Positions 42,115-52,600 of a stretch of 64,000 nt of DNA are shown in pieces (positions within the stretch are counted from its first letter, which is position 1; each line of letters begins with the position of its first letter). The notes beneath the pieces were generated by a model. It searched no databases, was not told the origin of the DNA, and saw only the letters and a program-made list of their open reading frames with translations. Position numbers and translations under genes: made by a program. The DNA is from Escherichia phage JLBYU31, in sequence record OK272473.1; one strand, written 5' to 3'.

Positions 42115-42331
42115 ATTGTTTTTCCGTTAATACAGTAATATCATAGTAACAATCGGAAGAAGTTTTAACTATGGAAATTTTATTATCAAAATACTCACGA
42201 GTCATTTTATGAGTATAGTATTTTTTACCATAAATGGTAATAGGCTGTTCTGGTCCTGGAACTTCTAACTCGCTTGGGTTAGGAAGTGTAAAAAGAACGG
42301 CACCAGAAGTATCTTTAAATCGTAAAATCAT
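42068..42331 (-). CDS. hypothetical protein (87 aa)
   Basis: Track start is TTG 42343; first ATG 42331 with SD GAGGAT. Confidence 0.5.
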   Translation of the reverse strand: MILRFKDTSGAVLFTLPNPSELEVPGPEQPITIYGKKYYTHKMTREYFDNKISIVKTSSDCYYDITVLTEKQYDELFQRGPSMPGSE

Positions 42332-42351
42332 ATATCCTCGCAATAATAAAA

Positions 42352-43212
42352 TTACACCGCCATCTTTCCTTTAATAGGAGGGTGTGATTCATAGTTGTTA
42401 AGAACAAAATTATGTGGCTTTGCGAATTGACTCAACCAAAATACCTGCGATTCTGTGTCCCATTCATCAAATTCATCTGGAAATTTTAATTGCAATTCGC
42501 ATAAATCCATAGGTTCACGACATAAAATTTCTTTACATTGTTCTACGTGATTCATATAGATATGAGTATTACCACCAGAAAATATCAAATCTCCCGGAAT
42601 AAGATTACACATCTTAGCTACAATATGAACTAACGTAGCATATGATGCAATATTAAATGGAAGACCGAGGAAAACATCTACCGAACGTTGATACCACTGA
42701 AGGTCAAGGTATCCATTACGCACATTAAACTGATAGAACATATGACAAGGCGGTAATGCCATATATTTAAGTTCAGCTGGATTCCACGCAGAAACAATTT
42801 GACGCCTATCATTTGGCAGTTTTTTAATACGATCAATAACTTCTATAATTTGATCTACACCGCCAAAATCACGCCACTGTTTTCCATAAATTGGACCAAG
42901 TTCACCGCTATGGTATCCTAAATCTTTTGCTTGATTTTCGTAATTTTCATCCCAGACTGTTTTGCCTTGAATTAATGAATCATGTTGAATTAATCGCAAA
43001 TCATTGACATTTGTGCTTCCTGATAAAAACCATATTAGCTCAGCAATGCATGCATTCCAGGCGAGCTTTTTAGTTGTTACTGCAGGAAAACCTTTGGTTA
43101 AATCCCAACGCAATTTAGTACCGAACAAAGCAATTGTTCCTGTGCCCGTTCGGTCATCGGTTTCATAGCCATTTTCAAAAATGTCTTTAATTAAATCTTG
43201 GTATTGTTTCAT
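42352..43212 (-). CDS. td: thymidylate synthase (intron-less)
   Basis: 286-aa continuous ORF; active-site PPCH motif; N-terminus [17 protein letters not shown]. Confidence 0.95.
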   Translation of the reverse strand: MKQYQDLIKDIFENGYETDDRTGTGTIALFGTKLRWDLTKGFPAVTTKKLAWNACIAELIWFLSGSTNVNDLRLIQHDSLIQGKTVWDENYENQAKDLGYHSGELGPIYGKQWRDFGGVDQIIEVIDRIKKLPNDRRQIVSAWNPAELKYMALPPCHMFYQFNVRNGYLDLQWYQRSVDVFLGLPFNIASYATLVHIVAKMCNLIPGDLIFSGGNTHIYMNHVEQCKEILCREPMDLCELQLKFPDEFDEWDTESQVFWLSQFAKPHNFVLNNYESHPPIKGKMAV

Positions 43213-43249
43213 TTAGTACCTTATATAAATTATAATACATTTTATGAAG

Positions 43250-43603
43250 CTAAATAATCAACGGTTTAGCATCAAATTTTCTCTCAATTTCAGGCGTGAA
43301 ATATAATTCTTTACCGCGTTTGGAAAAGCGACCAATAATATGATAATTATTCTCATCAAACGTGATATTACCAATATCCATAGCTTTCAACCAAATATCG
43401 ATATTTCTATCCAGCTTTATGTCAAAATTCCAATACGGAGAACTATTACCGAAAATACTACAAGCGGATTCAGTGAAACAACTGCTATAAATCTTGTCTT
43501 TAGGAACTACTAATTGATAGACACCTTTAATAAACTGAGGACCCTGCCACTTTGGCTGTTTCTCATCTTTTTCTAATAGAATAGGGTAATAATTAAAATT
43601 CAT
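43250..43603 (-). CDS. hypothetical protein (117 aa) between frd and td
   Basis: ORF with ATG, 19 nt after the frd stop. Confidence 0.55.
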   Translation of the reverse strand: MNFNYYPILLEKDEKQPKWQGPQFIKGVYQLVVPKDKIYSSCFTESACSIFGNSSPYWNFDIKLDRNIDIWLKAMDIGNITFDENNYHIIGRFSKRGKELYFTPEIERKFDAKPLII

Positions 43604-43622
43604 ATTTCCGCCGCGCGTTATT

Positions 43623-44542
<920 letters not shown>

Positions 44543-44634
44543 TATATTTTCCTCAAATTCATTTAAATCAAGACTATGCAATTTTTAAAGCATTGCATAA
44601 TAGAATTCATCATTCATAAACTCAAATACAAAAA

Positions 44635-44994
44635 TTATATTATCTCCCATCGAAAAGGGTCAGGAGCATATCCGATAGAGTTAATCATTTTAACTAAAGT
44701 TACCATTCCTTTGTTAACTGCTTGTGCGATTTCATCAAAAACTTCATCGCTATCATCATAAAGGTCATTAAAAAGTTCTAACACGTTCTTCTGAACTTTT
44801 AATTTATGACCAACAATCTCTCCTACAGTAAATTCGTTTCCGCCGATTCCAGTGTAAAACGTAATTACACCAGTTAACAGACTTTCGCGAGAATCTAGGT
44901 CATGTGATAAATTAATATAAGCCATCCCGGGTGCAGTTTTAAGTTGGCAACGAATTCTTACTTGGGTAATTCCGGTTACATGAATGTCGGACAT
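44635..44994 (-). CDS. hypothetical protein (119 aa)
   Basis: ORF with ATG. Confidence 0.6.
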   Translation of the reverse strand: MSDIHVTGITQVRIRCQLKTAPGMAYINLSHDLDSRESLLTGVITFYTGIGGNEFTVGEIVGHKLKVQKNVLELFNDLYDDSDEVFDEIAQAVNKGMVTLVKMINSIGYAPDPFRWEII

Positions 44995-45004
44995 ATTATT
45001 TTCC

Positions 45005-45247
45005 TCAAATAGACTTTTTCACAATTTTCCAATCAGCTTTAAACTGATCAACGTCAGAATGGTAAATCCAGAATCCTGCGCTTTCTCCGTCTTCATAAAG
45101 AGGACATCCATCGCATTCATCTTCCCATCCCATATCACGTAAAAGATGTTCAGCTTTTTCAATGAGTTCAGAATCTTTACCGATGATATTAAAATACCAT
45201 TTACCTCTAACTTCTGAATCTTTGATGCTCTGGCGTTGTAATCTCAT
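45005..45247 (-). CDS. hypothetical protein (80 aa)
   Basis: ORF with ATG and SD GAGGAGAATAA; early promoter upstream. Confidence 0.6.
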   Translation of the reverse strand: MRLQRQSIKDSEVRGKWYFNIIGKDSELIEKAEHLLRDMGWEDECDGCPLYEDGESAGFWIYHSDVDQFKADWKIVKKSI

Positions 45248-45274
45248 TTATTCTCCTCAGTAGTTGATAGGGTA

Positions 45275-45304
45275 ATAGTATCACACTACTACCCTGTTGT
45301 AAAC
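45275..45304 (-). promoter_or_regulatory. early promoter GTTTAC-N18-TACTAT (TGa extended -10)
   Basis: Read on minus strand upstream of the ORF starting 45247. Confidence 0.5.
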
Positions 45305-45306
45305 AA

Positions 45307-45567
45307 TTATTTTTGAATTTTATCGAGCCACTTACCAAGCTTAATCATTTCTTTAGTAGCCTTTTCCATACTTCTGAACTTAACCAATAGAGGATAGGTA
45401 TCGACACCCATAACTAAACTGGTTACAAGACTGTGTTCACCCACAAGCCATAACGAATACATTTGAATATCGAGTCCGTAATTTCTGTCTTTATGGACCC
45501 GTACACCCATCACTTCAAATTTCTCACTAGCTTTTTCTACCGCATCCAGGAAATCATCTTTAGTCAT
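45307..45567 (-). CDS. hypothetical protein (86 aa; alternative start 45609)
   Basis: ATG at 45567 preceded by AAGG, 1 nt after the upstream ORF stop; ATG at 45609 lacks SD. Confidence 0.45.
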   Translation of the reverse strand: MTKDDFLDAVEKASEKFEVMGVRVHKDRNYGLDIQMYSLWLVGEHSLVTSLVMGVDTYPLLVKFRSMEKATKEMIKLGKWLDKIQK

Positions 45568-45568
45568 A

Positions 45569-45955
45569 TTAGGCCTTAAAAGTTTTTCGCAAAAGTTCAA
45601 TGATTTCATCTACATTGTTTTCGTCAACAATGCAGTGAATTTTTGTTACGCCAGAAACTATACCTTCATTAGCGGATTGAGGCTTTTCTAAAGTTACCTC
45701 AGTAAAGTATTTGAATTCTTCAGAGTAAATCTCAAAATACGTCTCAAGTGGGCCACCCGCCATGTATTCAGTACCATCTTCCATAGTTACACGTACCACA
45801 CATTCACCAGCACAATCATCACTTTCCATTTCATCTACAACAAAACTAGGTCCGTGCTTCTCTATTAAATTTAGCATCATTACATTGCAACGGCACTCGT
45901 TAGCAAAGTCATTTTTAAATAAAGGGTTAATGATATAAGTTTTTCCAACTTCCAC
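45569..45955 (-). CDS. hypothetical protein (128 aa), GTG start
   Basis: GTG preceded by SD GAGGAAAT; Cys-containing acidic protein. Confidence 0.5.
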   Translation of the reverse strand: MEVGKTYIINPLFKNDFANECRCNVMMLNLIEKHGPSFVVDEMESDDCAGECVVRVTMEDGTEYMAGGPLETYFEIYSEEFKYFTEVTLEKPQSANEGIVSGVTKIHCIVDENNVDEIIELLRKTFKA

Positions 45956-45975
45956 TTTGATTTCCTCATTTTAAC

Positions 45976-45994
45976 GGGGCTATCAAATAGCCCC
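45976..45994 (-). other. intercistronic hairpin GGGGCUAU-YUG-AUAGCCCC
   Basis: Perfect 8-bp stem between the stop at 46002 and the SD of the next ORF. Confidence 0.5.
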
Positions 45995-46001
45995 TTGATA
46001 A

Positions 46002-46232
46002 TTATTGTTCAATCAGTCCCATGTAAAATTCTGCGTCTTCAGAATCCATGCCATCACAATATTCATTAGCCATAAAGCGGGTGAGGTCTTCAAGAGGACC
46101 TTCAATGACAATAGAAAAATTGCAATAATTGGGATCATCGTGAATACTTGTGATACTAAGTTCAGGATAACGATTACGAATAATTTCTTCGATATATTCA
46201 AAATCAACGATGTCAATATCAACTTTAGCCAT
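46002..46232 (-). CDS. hypothetical acidic protein (76 aa)
   Basis: ATG 46232 with strong SD AAAGAGGAAA; upstream ATG 46295 lies in the promoter region. Confidence 0.5.
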   Translation of the reverse strand: MAKVDIDIVDFEYIEEIIRNRYPELSITSIHDDPNYCNFSIVIEGPLEDLTRFMANEYCDGMDSEDAEFYMGLIEQ

Positions 46233-46285
46233 ATTATTTTCCTCTTTAATCATCAGCAGTATTGCCGATAGTTGTATAGTACCAT

Positions 46286-46315
46286 GGAAGGACAAGGATG
46301 TAAACCGTTTTGTGA
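46286..46315 (-). promoter_or_regulatory. early promoter GTTTAC-N18-TACTAT (TGg extended -10) with A/T-rich UP region
   Basis: Directly downstream of the gene 32 terminator; resembles the motA promoter at 62440-62469. Confidence 0.5.
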
Positions 46316-46320
46316 AAAAA

Positions 46321-46355
46321 ATTTGAAATAAAAAAGGGGACCTCTAGAGGTCCCC
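46321..46355 (-). terminator. gene 32 terminator: hairpin GGGGACC..GGTCCCC + UUUUUUAUUU
   Basis: Palindrome ggggacctctagaggtcccc 23 nt after the gene 32 stop, U-run on minus strand. Confidence 0.8.
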
Positions 46356-46377
46356 AATTAATTAGTAATATAATCTA

Positions 46378-47286
46378 TTAAAGGTCATTCAAAAGGTCAT
46401 CCAGGTCCGTGTCATCAGCACTAGATGAACTACCAGAGCTTGAGCTCATAAAATCATCTTCAGTTTTTGTATTGAAGTCATCAACATTGAATGCATCCAA
46501 ATCATCAGCAACTTTATCAGCTTTCTTAGCAGCAGTTGCAGCGGCACCGCCCATCACAGCAGTTCCCATGACTTGACCGAATTTAGTGCTCAGTTCTTCA
46601 AACGATTTGAATTTATCTTTAGAAGTCATTTCAGAAAGGTCAACCATTTGTTCGAACAGTTCTTTCTGGAAAGATTCATCGTCAATGTTTGGAATCGCAG
46701 ATTGATTCAGGAATTTAGATTCGTCGTAGTTACTAAATCCAGAAACCTGCTTAACTTTCAGTACAAAGTTAGCACCTTCCCACGGACAAGTTACATCAAC
46801 CGGAGTTTCACCCATTTCAACATCAACCGCAATCATCGCGTTGATTTTATCCCAGATTTTCTTACCGAAACGATATTTAAATACTTTACCTTCATTTTCT
46901 GGAGCAGCTGGGTCTTTTACAACAAGAATATTAGCCCAGTAAGAAGTTTTACGTTTAACAAGACTGTACTCTTTATTGTCAGTGTTGTACAAATCATTTT
47001 TACTGATGTATTGACATACTGGGCAAGAATCGTAATCACCGTGGGTAGATGAACAGTTTTCAATATACCATTTACCATTTTTCTTGAAACCGTGATTTAC
47101 AAGAATTGCGAATGGTGCTTGTTCATCATTTTTAGACGGAAGAAAACGAATTACTGCTTGACCGTTACCCGCATTATCGAGTTTCAGTTTCCACTCGCCT
47201 TTATCTTCAGAAGAAAAACCACCTTTATTTCCAGCCAATTTAGCCATTTGTGCAGCGAGTTCAGCAGTAGATTTACGTTTAAACAT
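46378..47286 (-). CDS. 32: single-stranded DNA-binding protein gp32
   Basis: 302-aa ORF, N-terminus [17 protein letters not shown], Zn motif [15 protein letters not shown], acidic S/D-rich C-terminus. Confidence 0.97.
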   Translation of the reverse strand: MFKRKSTAELAAQMAKLAGNKGGFSSEDKGEWKLKLDNAGNGQAVIRFLPSKNDEQAPFAILVNHGFKKNGKWYIENCSSTHGDYDSCPVCQYISKNDLYNTDNKEYSLVKRKTSYWANILVVKDPAAPENEGKVFKYRFGKKIWDKINAMIAVDVEMGETPVDVTCPWEGANFVLKVKQVSGFSNYDESKFLNQSAIPNIDDESFQKELFEQMVDLSEMTSKDKFKSFEELSTKFGQVMGTAVMGGAAATAAKKADKVADDLDAFNVDDFNTKTEDDFMSSSSGSSSSADDTDLDDLLNDL

Positions 47287-47360
47287 TTTTATTTCCTTTT
47301 TAATTTAATTAACAGTTGGTGCTATGACGATGTATGACCTCATAGCTGGTCAGTGAGATA
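47287..47360 (-). promoter_or_regulatory. gene 32 mRNA leader: translational operator with 5' pseudoknot (47321-47352) and A/U-rich unstructured region
   Basis: Leader contains UGACCAGCUAUGAGGUCAUACAUCGUCAUAGC (interleaved stems UGACC/GGUCA and GCUAUGA/UCAUAGC) as in the T4 gene 32 autoregulatory site. Confidence 0.7.
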
Positions 47361-47369
47361 ATTATAATT

Positions 47370-47377
47370 TATTTATA
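47370..47377 (-). promoter_or_regulatory. late promoter TATAAATA (minus) for gene 32
   Basis: Plus TATTTATA between gene 59 stop and the gene 32 leader. Confidence 0.55.
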
Positions 47378-47385
47378 ATAAGCAA

Positions 47386-48039
47386 TTAATACTTGCAAGA
47401 TTTCACAGTTTCAATAAAAACATTTTTAGCTTTCTGTGAATCAATATTTAAAATTTTTCTATAAGCCTTTAACTTTATAGAATAATTATTCCAGACTAAA
47501 TTATCAGTCTGTTCATCATGTTTATCAATTATATTTAAAAATGAATCAAGCAAGATAAACGTCTCAAACGAAATTATGTTCGATTGCAGAAGTTTAAAAA
47601 TATAACTTGACTGAACCTTTGGATTATATTCAAAGATTTCTTTAAAAGCAGAAACTTCAACTTTTTTACTAAAATAATAAATGTTGCGAATATCTTCTTC
47701 AAACTTAAATTTAATTTGCTTTAAGCGTCCGATATATTCACGATAAAACACAAGTGCATCAGCGTCAGAGATGTCACCAATCCAAGCATCTTGGTTAGCA
47801 ACCAAATTACTTATAAAGATTAAAGCAAGTTCCTTTAATTTATATTTTTCTGATAACTTCTGGAAAAAATACTTATCCCTTCGCTTTTGATAAGCGGCAT
47901 CAGACACCCGCATGCACCAATTATACTTAATTACATCATACTTTCCATTCATATGTTGTTTTATCATTAAGTATAATTTATAAACTGATTTACCATCAAT
48001 GTATCTTTCACCACCAGCAGGCATGCGGAGTTTAATCAT
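47386..48039 (-). CDS. 59: helicase loader gp59
   Basis: 217-aa ORF, N-terminus MIKLRMPAGGERYIDGKSVYKLYLMIKQHMNGKYD. Confidence 0.92.
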   Translation of the reverse strand: MIKLRMPAGGERYIDGKSVYKLYLMIKQHMNGKYDVIKYNWCMRVSDAAYQKRRDKYFFQKLSEKYKLKELALIFISNLVANQDAWIGDISDADALVFYREYIGRLKQIKFKFEEDIRNIYYFSKKVEVSAFKEIFEYNPKVQSSYIFKLLQSNIISFETFILLDSFLNIIDKHDEQTDNLVWNNYSIKLKAYRKILNIDSQKAKNVFIETVKSCKY

Positions 48040-48374
48040 AGTAGAAAATCTAATGTATTAGTTTTTTCACAACGAACAACAGAAGGACGTAAAAGATTTT
48101 CGTCGATAGCTTCTGACTGAATTTTTTCAATTATACCCGAAGGAATAAATTTAGCAAATTGAGTTTCAGGAATAGAGTTTTCTTCTAAGAATGCTGTCGT
48201 AGCTTCAAGATAACTCATTCCAAACTCTTCTACCATTTTTTCAATAATAAATCCATTTTCTTGACGATCAAGAAGCTTTGCTATTTCATCCTTTTCTTTC
48301 TTGATTGAAAGTTCTTTTTCTGAAAGACCGGTCTCATCGACCGGACGAATATCATTTAGAGAAAACTGTGTCAT
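48036..48374 (-). CDS. 33: late transcription co-activator gp33
   Basis: 112 aa from ATG 48374 (track began at TTG 48383); ATGA overlap with gene 59. Confidence 0.8.
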   Translation of the reverse strand: MTQFSLNDIRPVDETGLSEKELSIKKEKDEIAKLLDRQENGFIIEKMVEEFGMSYLEATTAFLEENSIPETQFAKFIPSGIIEKIQSEAIDENLLRPSVVRCEKTNTLDFLL

Positions 48375-48621
48375 AAAGTTCAACTACCTCTTCGGTTTCA
48401 GCTTCAAACACATCACGGTTATCTTTATGATATAGAGCCAAAAGACGATTAAACATCTTGCCATCAACACCAAGTTCATCTTTAGCACGAATTCGAATAT
48501 CTTTAATCAATTCATTATAACCGGAAATTTTCAGTTTATGATCAGATGCTTCTTTAATAAATTTAGCCAAGTCTTCGCCGTGGATAGCTTCATCAAATTC
48601 AACCATTTCTTTTTTAGCCAT
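48352..48621 (-). CDS. dsbA: DsbA, dsDNA-binding late transcription enhancer
   Basis: 89-aa ORF between rnh and gene 33 as in T4. Confidence 0.75.
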   Translation of the reverse strand: MAKKEMVEFDEAIHGEDLAKFIKEASDHKLKISGYNELIKDIRIRAKDELGVDGKMFNRLLALYHKDNRDVFEAETEEVVELYDTVFSK

Positions 48622-48629
48622 TATTCACC

Positions 48630-49547
48630 TCAAAATTCATTAATGCTATTAGTTAATTTAGAAAGACCCGCTTTTACAAAATATGAATAAATTTTGCCAC
48701 GCGGTGGTAATTTATATGAATTATAGTAATTCACAATGTTTGAAGCAATATTATCAGGAATATAATCAAAATCAATTAGAACTAAATTTTCTTTATAACG
48801 ATTATATTCAGATTCTGTGAGAAGCACCTTAGCTTGCTCACGGTCATTAGCAATAGCTTCAACGATTGAAGTTTTCATTGAAGGGGTTCGTTCACCTTCA
48901 ACTTTGGTAAACCAAAAGTCAGATCGTACTTTAACTGAAGCAACGTTATCCTTTTTATCGCCTTTAAGGATTTTAGTCATACAGTCAATTTCAGCAGAAC
49001 CGCTTTTAATTTTAACCCATTTCTTGTGCATCGGTGACCATTGCTTAACATTTGGGTATTTGTGAAGTTGAGTAAAGTCACCATCCGATGAAATGATTAA
49101 AATCTTGTGTCCTTCTAAAGAGAACTTTTTAACAAGAACAGCAATGTGGTCATCTGCTTCATACTTATCAATATCCATAACGATGTATGGCATATAAGCT
49201 TTCAATTCATCTATAACTTTATGACTGGATTCAAAATAACCTTCCCAGTCCCAAGTAGATTCTTCTCGTGCTTTTCCACGGTTTTTCTTATAATAATAAG
49301 CAAAATCACGACGCCAGTATCCAGATTTCGCGTTATCAATACACAATACAATTTTAGTGTATCCAAGCGTTTTTGCTTTTTTGACATTAAACTTAATTGA
49401 GTTCAATATCAAATGACGAACCATTGATAAATTAATTTTTTCTTTATCTGGGAAGTTTACTAAAGCAGTTGAAAGCGCAATTTGACTAAAGTCAATAAAG
49501 CAAATTCCTTCTTTGTAGTCTTCATCCAACATCATTTCTAAATCCAT
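48630..49547 (-). CDS. rnh: RNase H (5'-3' exonuclease, FEN family)
   Basis: 305 aa from ATG 49547 (track began at TTG 49562); N-terminus MDLEMMLDEDYKEGIC. Confidence 0.9.
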   Translation of the reverse strand: MDLEMMLDEDYKEGICFIDFSQIALSTALVNFPDKEKINLSMVRHLILNSIKFNVKKAKTLGYTKIVLCIDNAKSGYWRRDFAYYYKKNRGKAREESTWDWEGYFESSHKVIDELKAYMPYIVMDIDKYEADDHIAVLVKKFSLEGHKILIISSDGDFTQLHKYPNVKQWSPMHKKWVKIKSGSAEIDCMTKILKGDKKDNVASVKVRSDFWFTKVEGERTPSMKTSIVEAIANDREQAKVLLTESEYNRYKENLVLIDFDYIPDNIASNIVNYYNSYKLPPRGKIYSYFVKAGLSKLTNSINEF

Positions 49548-49576
49548 ATGAACCTCGTTCAATTAGTGAGATTTCT

Positions 49577-49606
49577 ATTATATACCATCCAAATCTTAAA
49601 GTAAAC
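49577..49606 (-). promoter_or_regulatory. early promoter GTTTAC-N18-TATAAT upstream of rnh
   Basis: Perfect -35 GTTTAC and -10 TATAAT on minus strand; 4 nt from the divergent late promoter of gene 34. Confidence 0.6.
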
Positions 49607-49609
49607 AAG

Positions 49610-49617
49610 TATAAATA
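49610..49617 (+). promoter_or_regulatory. late promoter TATAAATA for gene 34
   Basis: Exact TATAAATA 35 nt upstream of the gene 34 ATG, SD AGGAG. Confidence 0.65.
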
Positions 49618-49651
49618 CTTATTATTGAAAACACAATAGGAGCCCGGGAGA

Positions 49652-52600
49652 ATGGCCGAGATTAAAAGAAAGTTCAGAGCAGAAGATGGTCTGGACGCAG
49701 GTGGTGATAAAATAATCAACGTAGCTTTAGCTGATCGTACCGTAGGAACTGACGGTGTTAACGTTGATTACTTAATTCAAGAAAACACAGTTCAACAATA
49801 TGATCCAACTCGTGGATATTTAAAAGATTTTGTAATCATTTATGATAACCGCTTTTGGGCTGCTATAAATGATATTCCAAAACCAGCAGGAGCTTTTAAT
49901 AGCGGGCGCTGGAGAGCATTACGTACTGATGCTAACTGGATTACAGTTTCATCTGGTTCATATCAATTAAAATCCGGTGAAGCTATTTCGGTTAACACTG
50001 CAGCTGGTAATGATATTACATTTACTTTACCATCTACTCCAATTGACGGTGATACTATCGTTCTCCAAGATATTGGAGGAAAACCTGGAGTTAACCAAGT
50101 TTTAATTGTAGCTCCGGTGCAAAGTATTGTAAACTTTAGAGGTGAACAGGTACGCTCAGTACTAATGACTCATCCAAAGTCACAGCTAGTTTTAATTTTT
50201 AGTAATCGTCTGTGGCAAATGTATGTTGCTGATTATAGTAGAGAAGCTGTAATTGTAACACCAGCGAATACTTATCAAGCGCAATCAAATGATTTTATCG
50301 TACGTAGATTTACTTCTGCTGCACCAATTAATGTTAAACTTCCAAGATTTGCTAATCATGGCGATATTATTAATTTCGTTGATTTAGATAAACTGAATCC
50401 ACTTTATCATACAATTGTTACTACATACGATGAAACGACTTCAGTACAAGAAGTTGGAACTCATTCCATTGAAGGCCGTACATCGATTGACGGTTTCTTG
50501 ATGTTTGATGATAATGAGAAATTGTGGAGATTGTTTGACGGGGATAGTAAAGCGCGTTTACGCATTATAACGACTAATTCTAATATTCGTCCGAACGAAG
50601 AAGTTATGGTATTTGGTGCGAATAACGGAACAACCCAAACAATTGAGCTTCAGCTTCCAACTAATATTTCTGTTGGTGATACTGTTAAAATTTCCATGAA
50701 TTACATGAGAAAAGGACAAACAGTTAAAATCAAAGCTGCTGATGAAGATAAAATTGCTTCTTCAGTTCAATTGCTGCAATTCCCAAAACGCTCAGAATAT
50801 CCACCTGAAGCTGAATGGGTTACAGTTCAAGAATTAGTTTTTAATGGTGAAACTAATTATGTTCCAGTTTTGCAACTTGCTTACATAGAAGATTCTGATG
50901 GAAAATATTGGGTTGTACAGCAAAACGTTCCAACCGTAGAAAGAGTAGACTCTTTAAATGATTCTACTAGAGCAAGATTAGGCGTAATTGCTTTAGCTAC
51001 ACAAGCTCAAGCTAATGTCGATTTAGAAAATTCTCCACAAAAAGAATTAGCAATTACTCCAGAAACATTAGCTAACCGTACTGCTACTGAAACTCGTAGA
51101 GGTATCGCAAGAATAGCAACTACTGCTCAAGTGAATCAGAACACCACATTCTCTTTTGCTGATGACCTTATCATCACTCCTAAAAAGCTGAATGAAAGAA
51201 CTGCTACAGAAACTCGCAGAGGTGTCGCAGAAATTGCTACGCAGCAAGAAACTAATACAGGTACTGATGATACTACAATCATTACTCCTAAAAAGCTTCA
51301 AGCTCGTCAAGGTTCTGAATCATTATCTGGTATTGTAACTTTTGTATCTACTGCAGGAGCTACTCCAGCTTCTAGTCGTGAATTAAATGGTACAAATGTT
51401 TATAATAAAAACACTAATAACTTAGTTGTTTCACCTAAAGCCTTGGATCAGTATAAAGCTACTCCAACACAGCAAGGTGCAGTAATTTTAGCAGTTGAAA
51501 GTGAAGTAATTGCTGGACAAAGTCAGGAAGGATGGACAAATGCTGTTGTAACGCCAGAAACGTTACATAAAAAGACATCAACTGATGGAAGAATTGGTTT
51601 AATTGAAATTGCTACGCAAAGTGAAGTTAATACAGGAACTGATTATACTCGTGCAGTCACTCCTAAAACTTTAAATGACCGTAGAGCAACTGAAAGTTTA
51701 AGTGGTATAGCTGAAATTGCTACACAAGTTGAATTCGACGCAGGCGTCGACGATACTCGTATCTCTACACCATTAAAAATTAAAACCAGATTTAATAGTA
51801 CTGATCGTACTTCTGTTGTTGCTCTATCTGGATTAGTTGAATCAGGAACTCTCTGGGACCATTATACCCTTAATATTCTTGAAGCAAATGAGACGCAACG
51901 TGGTACACTTCGTGTAGCTACACAAGTTGAAGCTGCTGCAGGAACATTAGATAATGTTTTAATAACTCCTAAAAAGCTTTTAGGTACTAAATCTACCGAA
52001 TCGCAAGAAGGTGTTATTAAAGTTGCAACTCAGTCTGAAACTGTGACTGGAACGTCAGCAAATACTGCTGTATCTCCAAAAAATTTAAAATGGATTGTGC
52101 AGAGTGAACCTACCTGGGCAGCTACTACTGCAATAAGAGGTTTTGTTAAAACTTCATCTGGTTCAATTACATTCGTTGGTAATGATACAGTTGGTTCAAC
52201 ACAACCTTTAGAATCGTATGAAAAAAATAGCTATGCAATATCACCATATGAATTAAACCGTGTATTAGCAAATTATTTACCGTTAAAAGCAAAAGCTGCA
52301 GATAGTAATTTATTGGATGGTCTAGATTCATCTCAGTTCATTCGTAGGGACATTGCGCAGACAGTTAATGGTTCACTAACCTTAACCCAACAAACGAATC
52401 TGAGTGCCCCTCTTGTATCATCTAGTACTGCTGCGTTTGGTGGTTCAGTTTCGGCAAATAGTACATTAACTATTTCTAATACTGGAACGGCAACTCGTCT
52501 GATTTTTGAGAAAGGACCTCAAACTGGAACTAACCCAGCACAGACGATGACTATCAGAGTTTGGGGAAATCAGTTTAGTGGCGGATCAGATACAACGCGT

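Noticed and set aside
42352-43212. Group I introns in td and nrdB
   Set aside because: Both reading frames are continuous and full length; no interruption or intron-encoded ORF is present in this window
46573-47052. 159-aa plus-strand ORF
   Set aside because: Antisense within gene 32, whose identity is unambiguous
49522-49719. 65-aa minus-strand ORF spanning the rnh/34 intergenic promoters
   Set aside because: Runs through the divergent early and late promoters and into the gene 34 start; more simply explained as regulatory DNA
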